Positions 29,541 to 43,663 of a DNA stretch of 64,000 bases are shown piece by piece. Position 1 is the first letter of the stretch. Each line of letters opens with the position of its first letter. A model generated the notes under the pieces. It was given only the letters and a program-made list of their open reading frames with translations, searched no databases and was not told where the DNA came from. Source of the stretch: Eledone cirrhosa (Eukaryota). The DNA lies in contig OZ024742.1 in the NCBI GenBank assembly GCA_964016885.1, forward strand, positions 335,234,001 to 335,298,000, read 5' to 3'. A program made the position numbers and the translations under genes.

Positions 29541-31074
29541 ATTGTTGTTTTTTAAAATGCGACTCTTTTACGTTTCTTATTAATATATGATTGGAAACTG
29601 TAACTTACTGTTTACAGTGCTTATATTTGAAATATTGAGTCGCTAGAACATGGGATAGAAGGTTTTGCTGTATTCGTTCCAGCTCTTTGCGTTCTGAATT
29701 TCAACTCGCTGAAGTCAAATTTGAGAAGTGTTGTTCTCTCTACCATACGATAAGATCCCTTTGAAGGAAAACTTAAAATATAGGAAAGAAAAGCTGAAAA
29801 TGAAACCCGCGACAATTGATCTGAAGCATTAAACATTTTGTTAGCAGTGTTACTAAGGGTTTCTCCTCACCCAAAGCGGATAAATCTTTCGCCTTTTACT
29901 AAGGGAAATATTGCAAAGTGAAAGACTGAGATGAAGTATTAAAAAAGATATGCCTGAAGAATGCGTAAAATAAACAATACGAAATGTTTAATATATTGAA
30001 CATAGATTATGGAAAATTTCAAAACAATTATCCGGGATAGAAGCAATAAAATTTGGGAAATTGCAGGTATGGAGCGATATTTTGAGAATTTGTTATTAAA
30101 GTGAAAATATCCGAAACTATAGGGAAATATTATTTTATATAAGGAGAACCCGAATACGGGATAAAATATAAAATGCTAGTGATAATAAAAGGATACTGAA
30201 TTATATATATATATTGATAACGTGAAAGTAATTTGACTGTAAATATGTAGGAAATTCTAATAGCGTGAAGAAAATCTTTTAAACCTTAACTTTCTTGTGT
30301 ATATATAAACGTAAAAGAGAGAAACATATAAACGGATATTATATTAAAGATTTATGGGGGATTTAAAAAAACAATAAACTGTGTGGAAAGCGTTAAAAAT
30401 AATACAGTACTAGCTCAAATGACTGTCTCGAATTGTTTGGAATGATGTGAAGGCATGTGTTAGCCAACTAGGCAGTCGCTTATGGCACACACCTCAAAGC
30501 GGCGCATTGCTAAATCTTAAAGTATCACAGATTTTACAAATTTGTATAATTAAACTGAATATATGATAATTTCCCGTGATCAATAAATAAATCGTTAAAC
30601 ATCTCTCCCGCGTAGACAGGGTCAGTGGAACAATAATTATATTGTTCTCCCCAAACTACCAAAACACATCTATTTGTATATGTGCTACAATTTATGTACA
30701 TGTTATGTTTATCGCATATCGAAGTTTTTTTTATATATTCGTTGATATTTGATAACAGCTGAACTAACCACTACAACTAAATTGACCAAATTTGGGCCTC
30801 CCACCCCGCTAATTCAGAAATGCTTCCAGAACCCCTGGTAGAAGCGGTGTGGGAATAATCCAAGCAGTCAAATGAGCCGTATGTTGATATAACCTCTCAC
30901 GTGATTAGGCATGAGTGAGTGTTGACTCTGTGTTGGAAAATGTACCGTTTGGAGGCATTTAAACTTGGTGGAGCCATCGCAAGAGAGAAAGAAAAAGTGG
31001 AAAAGAGAGATAGAGGAAGAATAGACCTCGGTACTGGACTGATATTTTATTTATCGACCTCAACTCGGATATCA

Positions 31075-31387
31075 GTGAGTCACTCCTGGTAGAGCCGCTA
31101 TTTCTCCGAATTGAAAGATCACAGCTCCGATACTATGGGCATGTTGTTATATTGTTTTAGGAAAGAATCGCTGGACAGATTTTACGGGCAAAACCAAGCG
31201 ACAAGAGACCCAGGCGTAGATAACATCCATGAGCTTGTTGGTCACAATTGGGGATCCAGCCAGAACAGTTGGAGACGGTTGTTTCTGTCAATACCTTCTA
31301 GAAAGAGTGTTTGAGGACTCTGATCCTACGACCCTCACGGAAAGAAGAAGAAGAAGAAGAAGAAGAAGAAGAAGAAGAAGAAGAAGA
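31075..31387 (+). mobile_element. RTE-clade LINE 3' end with (GAA)n tail
   Basis: EPLFLRIERSQLRYYGHV...KRPR; tail 31343-31387. Confidence 0.75.
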
Positions 31388-32236
31388 GATTAAAATGCAA
31401 GTTTGCCTTCAGTGGAATATGAACCTAGAACGCTGATAGCATGAATGAATACGGCAAAGGATTCTTTCTGTTCGACAACTCTGTGTCACTTTGGCGCAAT
31501 AAGTGAGAGTTACATTCATACAAGAACGTAAAGTGTGTAAGCAGCACTTAACACCAGTTAAATGAAACCGTGTGGAGAGACATAGCAATAAAGATTACAA
31601 GACTAACACTATCAATCTTCTGTCAAATACAGCCAGTTGAGCTACAGTTTCAAGTACAAATGTGAATGTTATAATAAACATACATGATACTGTAAACAGA
31701 CTGGCTGCGAACAAATACACGGCGTTACTTCCATTAAGTATTATATGCTATGGTGTGTGTGTATATATATATGTATGTATATAGTTTAGGGTTTGTAACG
31801 TCATATATATATATATATGTGTGTGTGTACAAACAAACGTACATACATGCATACATATGTAAATATACATATATACATACATATATATATATACATATAC
31901 ACTCACACATATATATATATACATACATATGTACATAAATACATACATATACACACACATACAGACAAACACACTCATATATATATATTTATATATACAT
32001 ACATTTTGTTTATGCGTGTGTATATGTGTGTATGTATGTGTCCATTTATGTGGATATATGTATGTATGCATAAACGCAACCCTGTATATATATGTGTACG
32101 TGTATATGTATGAGCGTATATATGTCAAGATGAATAAAGTTTGGTCTTTATGTCAAAGTAAAAGTTATAATTCAATTCTATAAGATATACACTATCGCTT
32201 TTTTAATTGTTTGATAAACATATTCAACATGTCTGT

Positions 32237-32396
<160 letters not shown>

Positions 32397-32738
32397 TATA
32401 TATATATATACGAGACGGCGTATATATGAGTTAGGTATGTATATTTAATCTTGATAATTTGTATAATTTTGTATAATTTTGTACATAGATCTGTTAAATA
32501 TGCATACCAATTATAACACATATATGCCCTAGAAACGATCGTTAAATAGTGAACTTTTTTTGTTTAATATAAGGAATTGTTTGTTCATTATTTGTTTAAT
32601 ATTTTATCTTGACTCTGTATACCGTTTATCTTTCACCGAAAGTGGATTTTCATTACATCTCTTCTTTCCATGATATCCGGAATACATTGAGTTCTTCATA
32701 CGGATTGGACACTACCGTAAACTCTTGGTAGATTTATC

Positions 32739-32807
<69 letters not shown>

Positions 32808-32954
32808 GTATATATGTATATATGTATGTGTGTATATATATATATATATAAATATATATATATATAAAAGTATTTGTGTGTGTATGTATGTATATATATA
32901 TACATACATACTAATGTATGTATATATATATATATATATATACATACATACTAA

Positions 32955-33365
32955 GGGAGAGATGACCCCTTAGCCTTTGTCAAGGCAGAATTCTAGGAGA
33001 AGGAAAACTCTGATATAACACCTGCAACCCTGATGGTATCCAATGATGTTGACTTGTTCTTCTTTTGGGTAAATATCATCTTGGTTAAGAGAGTGGGACT
33101 GGCTTTGTGCAGTGCCTTTGCTCACTATAAAAGCTTCACGGCACAGGCATTGCTTTATATCTGGAGATCTCTCTGCACTTGTCGTCACATGGTACCATGG
33201 GCCCAGCACTATGTGTCAATAATTGTCACAAGTGTAGTGTTTGTACCAGAGTTTTCAAGTCGCTGGCTGCACTAAGAAGTCACACTTGTTCAGCACATTG
33301 GTAGAGGTTTCCCTACATGGATATGAAGTAGTGGCCGTACTCGAAAACGAGTTGGCAGCCACCAT
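32955..33365 (+). mobile_element. Bipartite RTE-derived non-autonomous element (5'-truncated copy)
   Basis: Highly similar to 59385-59793 (minus); RTE-5'UTR-like AGGAGAAGGAAAACTCTGAT; zinc-finger remnant CSVCTRVFKSLAALRSH. Confidence 0.65.
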
Positions 33366-33595
33366 ATATATATATATAGAGAGAGAGAGATGTATGTATA
33401 TATATATATATATAAATATATAAACATATATATATACATATACATATATATGTATATATACATATGTATACATACACACACAAGCACACACACACACATA
33501 TATATATGTATATATATATATAGAGAGAGAGACAGAGAGAGAGATGTATGTATATGTATATATATAAATATACATATATATATATACATATGTAT

Positions 33596-33647
<52 letters not shown>

Positions 33648-33649
33648 GC

Positions 33650-34190
33650 ATGTATGGGAGTATCTGTGTTGAGTTAGCAATTGTCTCACGATCTTACGGT
33701 CGACAGATTGATTCTCGGGGATGTATTGTTGCCGTGACCAACACACTTTATTTCACATTACGTCAGTCCAATCAGCTGGCAAAAATCAGTTGTAACTGTA
33801 ATTTAAAGTGCCAGCCTTATCACACACTGTGTCACGCTGAATCTCCCTGAGAAATACGTTAATGGTACACACGTCTGTTGCCTTCTCAGCCACTTGCTCT
33901 TCCGTTGATTGAACAACAGAACACTCTATGATGGAACCGAGGTCCTATTACTGCTAACCCACTCATACACACATATACACGTGAAGTCGCATGGCATAAT
34001 GGATACGATATTTGGCTTTTGGTCGTAAGTTCTTGAGTTCAAAACCTGGTGGTGTGTTGTGTCCTTGAGCAAGACATCTCTTTTCGCATTGCTTCAGTCT
34101 ACTCAACTAGAAGAAATTAGTTGTACCTCTTGATCAAAGGGCCAGCTTTTCCACACATTGTGCCAAGCTGAATCTCCTTAAAGGAACCTT
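33650..34190 (+). mobile_element. Two degraded tRNA-SINE copies
   Basis: tRNA-like heads plus shared body CCAGC..TCACAC..GCTGAATCTCC; same family at 42043-42280(-) and 55612-55885. Confidence 0.7.
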
Positions 34191-34491
34191 AACCTTTTCT
34201 AATCCAGATTAGAAATACATTGCCTATAATTTTCATTTTTTGTTGTTGTTGTTAATATAATCAATAATTGGGAGATATTTAGTAATATAACTAAATTTCG
34301 CAATAATCCCCTCTACCATGATGTTATTACCACTGCTGCTGCTGACACTACCGCTCTCTTGTCGCCTACTGCTGTTGTTCCCGTCAGAATAACAGACAGC
34401 CTCCTTTCCTGCCGACCACGGGTTGGTACAGACGTGCCACACTAATCTCTGCCCTCACAACCCTCCCAGGAATAAGTGGGAGCAGTAGAAG

Positions 34492-34557
<66 letters not shown>

Positions 34558-34767
34558 GTATATATATATATATATGTATGTATATGTATGTATATATTTA
34601 TTTATATTCATATATATATATATAGATATATATATACAGGAAAATGTTTGACCCCGACGGCAGAGCTCAAGCATTTTCCTATTACCCACTCTACTACCCT
34701 AAGTATTGAGTACTCTGGTACGTTATGGTCCATCTGGTTCCTTGCCACACCGCATTCGTTATATAAA

Positions 34768-35775
34768 TATATATATAATTAAGTATGTGTGTGTGTCTGT
34801 GTGTCTGTGTATTACCTATAGGGGCCTACATCTTACGACCGGTTTTCATGAAACTTTACAGGCTCATAGATTAGTGATCGGGGAGTGTTTTCTATATATC
34901 AGCGTATGGTTTTTTTTATTCGGGGGTCATTCTGCAGATAAAATTGATAGGGGGGGTCACTTTTTTTTAGGTATCGAAAAATAAGATTTTGGGCTCTAGC
35001 TCCCACATTTTGCCATCGATCTCGTTCAAATTTTAAAGCAAAATAGAATTTATCATTGCACATCCTGTAATGGCTTTATACTTTCTATTTGTTGTTCAGG
35101 GACGGCGTAGCTCCGCTTAAATATTCAAAAGTACCACTTTTAGACTCAAATTTCCACTTTTTCGGCTCTAGCTCCCACATTAATCAACCTACTTTGTTCA
35201 AATTTTACACTACGCTAGATCTGATTATTTCACGTCTTAATGTGGCTTTACATTTTGGATTTTTTGTTCAGGAACGGCGTCGTAGCCGCTTAAATATTCG
35301 AAAATACCACCTTTTCGCTCAAATTTCCGCCTTTTCGGCTCTAGCTCCCACATTTTTCAACCGATTTCGTTCAAATTCGAAACTTCGGCTCGACCTCACA
35401 CATAAATCAATTTATTAGGTTCAACTTTTATACTACAATAGAACCCATCATTGCATATCTTATAGATGGTCAAAGGCAAACCGATGGCCACTGACGTCGT
35501 CTGAGCTTTTAGTTGTGTATTGGAGAACTCATCGGTTTCCAATCAAGTAGCGTGAGGAAATTTGGCTTAATGTTAGAGGTCATTACCTCCCTCCCCTAGC
35601 ATGCCCCTTCCTCAGTCACCGGCGTTTCTCAGTGATAGAGGTCATCACCACCCTCCCCCGCATGGCCTGTGTGTGGCCATAGATGAGTCATCGATAAGCA
35701 GTCGCTAAGATCAACACCTTTTCATCAAAGCAGATATGATTTTACCTACCCAGGCAACGTTGAGTACTGCTGCTA

Positions 35776-35776
<1 letters not shown>
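34768..35776 (+). mobile_element. Non-autonomous Helitron-like element
   Basis: 5' TATATA..TGTCTGT tract; internal 172-bp subrepeats (GGCTCTAGCTCCCACATT at 34992, 35164, 35337); imperfect 3' hairpin 35747-35766 then CTAG|T. Confidence 0.55.
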
Positions 35777-35845
<69 letters not shown>

Positions 35846-35848
<3 letters not shown>

Positions 35849-37995
35849 CCTCCACGGCACCATCCTCCGCCTCTTCCGACGCCTCCAGTCCGACCCCTCC
35901 ACCTCTCACATCTTCCCAGCCCCACCACTCCCCTCCTTCAAACGCGCACGCAATCTCCGCACCCTACTCGTCCACAACTCCCTACCCCCAACCCACGCCC
36001 CCCCGGTTCCTTTCCCTGTTCTAGGCCCCGCTGCAACACCTGTCCCCACATCACCAACACCACCACCTTCCAGGGTCCCAACGGCCACTCTCTCTCTGTC
36101 TGGCATGCCTTCCGCTGCATCTCCCCCAACCTAGTCTAAGGAGTTCGCTGCACGGAGTGCAGCGCGACTTACGTCGGACAGACTGGACGTCGCCTGGCGG
36201 ACAGATTTACTGAGCACCTCCGGGATATTCATCTCGGTGGTAGTTCCCCCATCGCAGGCCACTTTGGTGCCCCTGGACATTCCGCACACCACCTCCTAGT
36301 CTGTGGCCTACTCCAATGCCACGGAACACCCGCCAATCTCCTAAGAGTCGAACAACGAACCATCTTTACCTTACAGACCCACACTCCCCCCGGCCTGAAC
36401 TCCCCACCCTTATTCCTTTAGCCTTCGACCGCCCCCCTCCCCCCACACATATCCCCCACTAACACCACTAACACACCCCTCCTTTTCACCGCCCACCCCA
36501 CAACTAACAATACTAACACCTCCACCCCACATCCGACCACTCTTCTCAACTAACATACTAACATCCCTCCCTTCTTCTCCCCCCTCCTTATCACACGCAC
36601 ACACCCACCGGTACATATATACACGCGCTCACACTAAACACACACCCTACAACCACCACTAACCTCACCCCCACACATCCACCCCACCACCCCGCAACTA
36701 ACATCACTAACACCCCCTGACCCCAAGCACACGAACACACACACCCACTTACACCACCCACCCTACACGCAACTAACATCACTAACACCCCCCAACCCTA
36801 CGCACACGTACACACACACCCTCTTACACCACCCACTCTACACACCCTACCACCACTGACCCCCACTCACAACCGCATTCAACCCTTTCTCCACCTCCTG
36901 TATACTAACACCCACTACCACCCCCTTCACCACACACACACACCAGTACACTACACTCCCTCCATTGGCCCCCACACCCTTCTCTCCTCGCTCCACCCAC
37001 ACCCTTTCTCAAACACTCACTCATCCCACTAACACCTCTACTAATACACACACACCCCCTCCACACTCCAACTTTCACACCTACTCATCCTCTCCCCTGT
37101 CCACCGCACACACTGACACACCTTCACTTACCATTCTACCCTACTGCTGCTATGCCCTCTGACCACCTCCCCGCACACACAGACACACAACACTCCTCCT
37201 GCCTTGACCCTCTGACCACTTCCTGTTGCGCGCGCACCCCACATTTCCCCTCTTCCGACCAATCTCTTCACGGATTACACATATGTGAACCTTGATCCCG
37301 ACAATCCACCGGAATCCCAGGATTTTACTCAGCATTCCACCACATCTTTTTACGGAATTACCTTTATGACTCACCCCACACATACACCCAAAAAATATTT
37401 TTTCCCACACGTCACCTACATCCACAACACGCATAAACACCACACACACACGTGCGTACCACCACATATTTACACATTCAGCCTCCGGAATCCTCTCCCC
37501 CACCCCTCTATCCACACACGCACACACACTCCAACCTACACCCCACCCCACACACACCTCTTCCAGAAAATGCAACCCCGTTCTTCCCCCAACCCTTGCT
37601 TTCACATACACACACACACATACACACGTACACCTACACACACACACCACCTTCAGCCCTCCCCTCTCGGACACCCCGTCTCCCTCTCCCCACTTCACCC
37701 GCCACCACCCCTACACGCCCCACATCCTTCCACCACCTGTTTTACCCCATTTTAATTTTATTTTGATCATGCCTTTATTTTTAATTTCATTTGCACCGTT
37801 TCCTCCCACCCCCTTTTTGCTATATGTATCTCCACCACTCCCCTACACACCTTTTGAACTCTCTTCCCACACACTTTTCACTGAAGAAGGGCTTATGCCC
37901 GAAACGTCGTTCCCCACCACCACCTCACTCTCAAGAGCGTGAAATTAATAAACCTTTGTTTGTACTGCCTCTCTGTTTTGTTCCCGTTCAATTTT

Positions 37996-37999
<4 letters not shown>
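35846..37999 (+). mobile_element. Penelope-like element (Neptune-like) 3' part: GIY-YIG remnant, C/A-rich 3' UTR, pLTR
   Basis: FKRARNLRTLLV..PCSRPRCNTC..RCTECSATYVGQTGRRLADRFTEH..IAGHF..EQRTIFTL..PPGLN (35846-36421, frameshift and stop); (TA)n on both sides. Confidence 0.9.
37881..37908 (+). ncRNA. Minimal type I hammerhead ribozyme
   Basis: CTGAAGA-A-GGGC-TTAT-GCCC-GAAACGTC; palindromic ACGT stem III, GUC triplet; AATAAA downstream. Confidence 0.85.
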
Positions 38000-38059
<60 letters not shown>

Positions 38060-38514
38060 CGTATTTAGTTGACGGCTGAGAGAAGGGACTACTCAACACC
38101 GATAAATAGTTTTAATATTCATGTTATTAAGGCTAAGTAATGAGTCTTGTTGCTATGAAGTTCTGCCCGTTTATCACATAATGATGATGGAGGCCCTGTG
38201 ATAAACAGGCGAAACACCGTCGAGGTTAACTTTTCCTTTCATCCTCACGGAGTCGATAAAATAAAGTACCAGTAATGCCAAAAGTAGACACAACTATTTA
38301 GTCTTAATAAAATGAATATAAATATTATGGGTGTTTATAGATATAAATGAATGAATATACCTGCCTGACGTGTTATATTCAAAGTTTCTATGTGCTTGTA
38401 TATTCTATTTTTAGCTATGTATGTATGAATATATGTATGTATGTATATGTATGTATGAATGTATGAATGTGTGTATGTATAATGTATGTACGCATATATG
38501 TATACATACATGTA

Positions 38515-38714
38515 TGAATTATGTATAAGGATGCACATTTAATTTAGCCCTTATTTGAATGTAAATATATGTATAAACACACATTACAAGCGTATAACAT
38601 TCCTATTAATGTGTGAAAAAGAAAAACACACATAAACACACAAACACACTCACTTATATATACACATCTATACATATACATATATATATATTTGCAAAAC
38701 ACGTATATGTACTT

Positions 38715-38765
<51 letters not shown>

Positions 38766-38775
38766 AATGATTATA

Positions 38776-38869
<94 letters not shown>

Positions 38870-38882
38870 CATATATATACAC

Positions 38883-38980
<98 letters not shown>

Positions 38981-39900
38981 GTATATATATATATGTGTGT
39001 GTATGTATATATATATATATACATATATGTATATATAAGCTTTTCGATTAGGTGTAATGGTGGAAACTATGTTTGTTTTTGTCTCGTTGTTTTTTTATTT
39101 TCTGTATATATACACCTTTGTTTTGTATAGGATAATTACAGATAATAGTACTACTAGAAAATGAAGCCTGAGGATATTTAACTTATAACGACTCTCTGCT
39201 AACTTCTAACAATATTCACTCAGTATGGGGTTAATTAAAGTGAAGCATTTTGCCACTACCGCTTCACACTAATTCTTTCATCCTCTACGAAAAGAACATA
39301 ATATTAAATATATTGTATATATATATATATGTATGTGTGTGCGTGTGTGTATATATATATATGTGTGTATGTGTGTATGTATATGTATATATATTTATGT
39401 ATATATTCATCTGTTAGTGACTAACAACAGAATGTTTTAAGTCTGCGTGTCTTGACATGTGATGTGATGACATGACATACATGCGTAGTTTGTGAATAAA
39501 AATTTCAAGGGGTATCGCTGGCCGTGGTGATGCCTCCCAAACATCTTTTGTAATGTATCGTCTTATTGACTAATTTCATCGTCTTATTGGCTAATCGACC
39601 AACGAGAGTAATTGTTGCTCAAAAGCATCCGCCACTGTTTCCACGTTTATTTATCGTTTCGCTTTCGAATCTTCCTCCAGTATGTCGTCGTTTTATCATC
39701 AAAATATTTTTCTCGTTTTGGTTAGTTATATTGTTAATTTAAATTATGTATAAGGATGCACATTTAATTTAGCCCTTATTTGAATGTAAATATATGTATA
39801 AACACACATTACAAGCGTATAACATTCCTATTAATGTGTGAAAGAGAAAAACACACACATAAACACACAAACACACTCACTTATATATACACATCTATGC

Positions 39901-39939
<39 letters not shown>

Positions 39940-39960
39940 AATGATTATATTCATATATGC
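38515..39960. repeat. Direct duplication of about 250 bp (38515-38780 and 39742-39960)
   Basis: Near-identical AATTATGTATAAGGATGCAC...ACAAATGATTATATTC in both copies. Confidence 0.85.
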
Positions 39961-39982
39961 CTATATATATATATATACCTGG

Positions 39983-40016
<34 letters not shown>

Positions 40017-40185
40017 TAACTATTAAAAGTCTGAAAATATTTTTATAAATCTTACAATAATATTTATAAGATCATTTATGAAATAACAATTATATAATCA
40101 TGATAATTACATTACAACGATAATTTATTATTAATATATATCATGTTTAACTAGAATTATTACAAGCGTTGTCTTATTAGAATAT

Positions 40186-40639
40186 TAAACTAGACCTGAA
40201 AAATGCGCAAGCTCAAAAGAGCCACAGAATGTTATAATAAACCTTCAAAAGTGTGGGACTAGAGTTGTTGCTAAAAAATATGGTAATCATTATCTATCGT
40301 ACACTCTGTGGCATCCTTTTATAAAAAAGAGACTCATAACGAACTCAAGACGACACGATAATTATTTAAGTGAATTGATAATATAGAATTCGGTTTAAGT
40401 GCATTTCGTATTAATCATTACTAAACATCTAGTATGAGATATTGAACATTAGCTTAAATAATTATCGTGTCGTCTTGAGTTCGTTATGAGTCTCTTTTTT
40501 TTAAAAGGATGCCACAGAGTGTACGATAGATAATGATTACAATATTTTTGAGCAACAACTCTAGTCCCACACTTTTGAAGGTTTATTATAACATTCTGTG
40601 TTATTATAACATTCTTGCGCATTTTTCAGGTCTAGTTTA
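40186..40639. repeat. Inverted repeat, arms about 185 bp, spacer about 80 bp
   Basis: 40186-40370 is the reverse complement of 40453-40639. Confidence 0.9.
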
Positions 40640-40686
40640 TTATTACTCTGGAGTTTCACCTGCGCCTTCACAGGATCATCAGACAA
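40640..40686 (-). ncRNA. Type I hammerhead in a small palindrome (40643-40736)
   Basis: TTGT-CTGATGA-T-CCTG/CAGG-T-GAAA, stem III ACTC/GAGT, GUA triplet; decayed mirror copy at about 40698-40738. Confidence 0.78.
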
Positions 40687-40775
40687 GACAGTCTTCTCTT
40701 ATGATCCTGTGAGTGCGCAGGTGAATCCAGAGTAACAAAACTCGCTACTTAGCCATGATAAATGATTATTTAGAC

Positions 40776-41094
40776 CAGGGGTGTACAACAGGCGACCCGC
40801 GGGCCACAATCCGGCCCGCCAGACCAGTCAGAGTGGCTCTCGATGACCGTTTTTAATTTTTACCTTGTAGGCTTATTTAGAATATTTTTCGTAACCGTAA
40901 TACAATTTTTTGTTAGTTGACCTATACTAATGGGCTTCACTGATAGGGTTATGTGTATTATAATTTTCCTGTTCTATGTTATGGAAAGAACTTGTGGTGA
41001 ATCTTTGGAATAGTGCTTAATAAATATTAATGGCCCTAATAATTGTTACAATGTTCAAAATTGGCCCGCCAATGGAATATATTGCACACCCCTG
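40776..41094. mobile_element. hAT (Charlie-like) MITE
   Basis: TIR CAGGGGTGT(A/G)CAA; perfect 8-bp TSD ATTTAGAC; subterminal GGCCCG motifs. Confidence 0.9.
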
Positions 41095-41364
41095 ATTTAG
41101 ACACTTCTTCGGTATTGAGTACTCTTTTCTCTTGTCCCTGAACTACGTACGGTTATATGTATATACATACATATATATATATGTGTGTGTGTGTGTGTGT
41201 ATTAAACTTATGCCAAATTCTCAGTTTAGGGGAGTATACGTCAGACCGCTGTTAGATATGTTAAATTATTTCTTTGAGTGATATTTTATAAATATATATA
41301 TATTATTCATTCTTTGAGATGTCTAAGTATTAGAGACAAATAACTATGACTATATATATATATA

Positions 41365-41690
41365 CAGTGTACCCCCGGCATTCGTGGTCCCAGTTATTCG
41401 CGGAATTTACCTTAAAACCTACCTTATAATTGTTCGTGGAAACCGCCCCATATTCGCTAAATTGTAAATATCCTCCGCAATGTTTTATGACTTTTTCGTA
41501 TTAATAACAATATACCGTATTTTCCGGCCTGTTGGACACTCCTTCGCATAAGACTCTTTTATTATATTATATTTTACGTTATATTTTGACATTTATAGGC
41601 ATTTTTATGAACCAAGTCCAATATTCGCTTTTTTGCACTCCTCGCGGGAGCTCTAGGTCCGTAACCCCCACGAATACCGGTGAGCAACTG
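41365..41690. mobile_element. Tigger/pogo-like MITE
   Basis: Imperfect TIRs CAGT..CCGG(C/T)ATTCGTGG in TA context. Confidence 0.65.
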
Positions 41691-41691
41691 A

Positions 41692-41723
<32 letters not shown>

Positions 41724-41810
41724 GTATATATATATGTGTGTGTGTGTGTATCTATATATATTCCTTTTTCGAATAACTGAAACATTCGTCGTGGGAAACG
41801 ACGGAAGTCG

Positions 41811-41872
<62 letters not shown>

Positions 41873-42042
41873 CTCTCTCTCTCTCTCTCACACAGTTTTG
41901 AATTACCAAAATTCCAAAATTACCAAAATTCAAATATATATATATATATTGAATTTTGGTAATTTGTGATTTCCAATCAATTTGCATAATTACTAACACA
42001 CTACAATTCAAAACTATGTGTGTGTGTGTGTGTGTGTGTGTG

Positions 42043-42280
42043 TTCGACTTCCGTCGTTTCCCACGACGAATGTTTTAGTTATTCGAAACAGGAAACAACC
42101 TGTTCGTGAAGGTAACGTGGCACTGACTGTATTTGACAGACACATGTAGATATTCTAACGTAATTCCCAGGGAGATTCCATTTGACACATACAGTATGTT
42201 TGACAAAGCTGGTTCCTCGAATTTCCAGGTACACCTCATTTTTCCCAGCTACGTGGACAAGAACAACGTACAATAAAGTT
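42043..42280 (-). mobile_element. SINE body and tail
   Basis: Homologous to 55680-55885 and 33745-33950. Confidence 0.65.
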
Positions 42281-42912
42281 TCTTTTTTGTGTGTGTTTTT
42301 TTGTTGTTTTATTACATAAATTCTGCTATTCCCTCCATTTTGTTTGTTTCCTTATTGTCATGTATATTGTACCGTTTTTTACTACTGGATATTTTGAATT
42401 GCAATAAATTCAATAACTAAAGAAGTTGGTTAACTTTAGTGTAAAATAAATGTATTCCTTATAGCTATATATCTACCACACAACGAAACATTATAAACAA
42501 AAACTTCTCACGTGATCTTCTAACATCCGGGGATTTTTTTATCTTTTTTACTTTCTGTTATGACTTCCTATCGTTTGGCTGTTGATATATGCTTTCAGCT
42601 GTTTATTTATTTCCTTTTTTTTTGTACATTTTATTTTGTTTAGGTTTTATGTTACCTTATTTCTTTAATTTTAACTAAAAAAATCTCATTAACTCTAGAA
42701 ATTGGACAGAAGTACTCCTTTACAATTGCTATAGTATGTAACCATACAAACACACACACACACACATACATATGCACACATAGACAGACACATATGCACA
42801 TATGTGCACACACACACATGCATGCACACACGCGTACCTGTGTACACATATATGTTCTCATACTCACAAGTGTACATACATATATGCATATAGTGTTAGT
42901 GTGTGTATACAA

Positions 42913-42949
<37 letters not shown>

Positions 42950-42952
<3 letters not shown>

Positions 42953-43030
42953 TGTGTTCCAAAAGAATGTGCACACATATATATATTAGACTGCTTTTAA
43001 AGTGTGTATACATTTTGGGGGGACACCCTG
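42950..43030. mobile_element. 81-bp Tc1/mariner-type MITE
   Basis: TIRs CAG(T/G)GTGT.CC..AA.AATGT..ACAC with TA on both sides. Confidence 0.7.
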
Positions 43031-43039
43031 TATATATAT

Positions 43040-43075
<36 letters not shown>

Positions 43076-43245
43076 GTGTGTATGCGCGTGTATGTGTGTG
43101 TTTGTGTGTGTGTGAATGTGTGTGTGTTTGTGGGTGTTTGTGTATGTGTGCATGTGTGTATATGTGTGTGTTTGTGTATGTTTGTGTATGTGTGTATGTG
43201 TGTATGTGCGTATGTGCGTATGTGTGTGTGTTTGTGTATGTGTGC

Positions 43246-43293
<48 letters not shown>

Positions 43294-43663
43294 GTGTGAA
43301 TGTGAGTGTGAGTGTATGTGTGTGTGTGTGTGGGGGGGGGGGTATTAAAGACATGACTTGGAGTTCATCTAAGCCATATTAATGACATCGTGTTGATGGA
43401 AACTGTATGGAACTCGGTCTACTTCAGTAATTCAGTGATCCAGTATTGTTACATATTGTGTAACGTAATACTGCCTGAGAATTGCATTATTGGTACATGT
43501 TCCGCGGAATACTCAACCACTTAAGTGTTAATTCATGAGTTAAACATTTAGTTGATCGAACAACTGAATGCTCATCAATGATACCGATGAAGTATCTATC
43601 ATATATATGGCAACGTAGCCAGCGTGCTAGTGACGAGAACGGCCTTGGACCAGTTCTTCGACG

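Noticed and set aside
28470-30840. Isolated TIR-like ends (about 28522-28536, 29115-29137, 30823-30837; also 56973-57010)
   Set aside because: No matching partner TIR or TSD found, so the elements cannot be delimited
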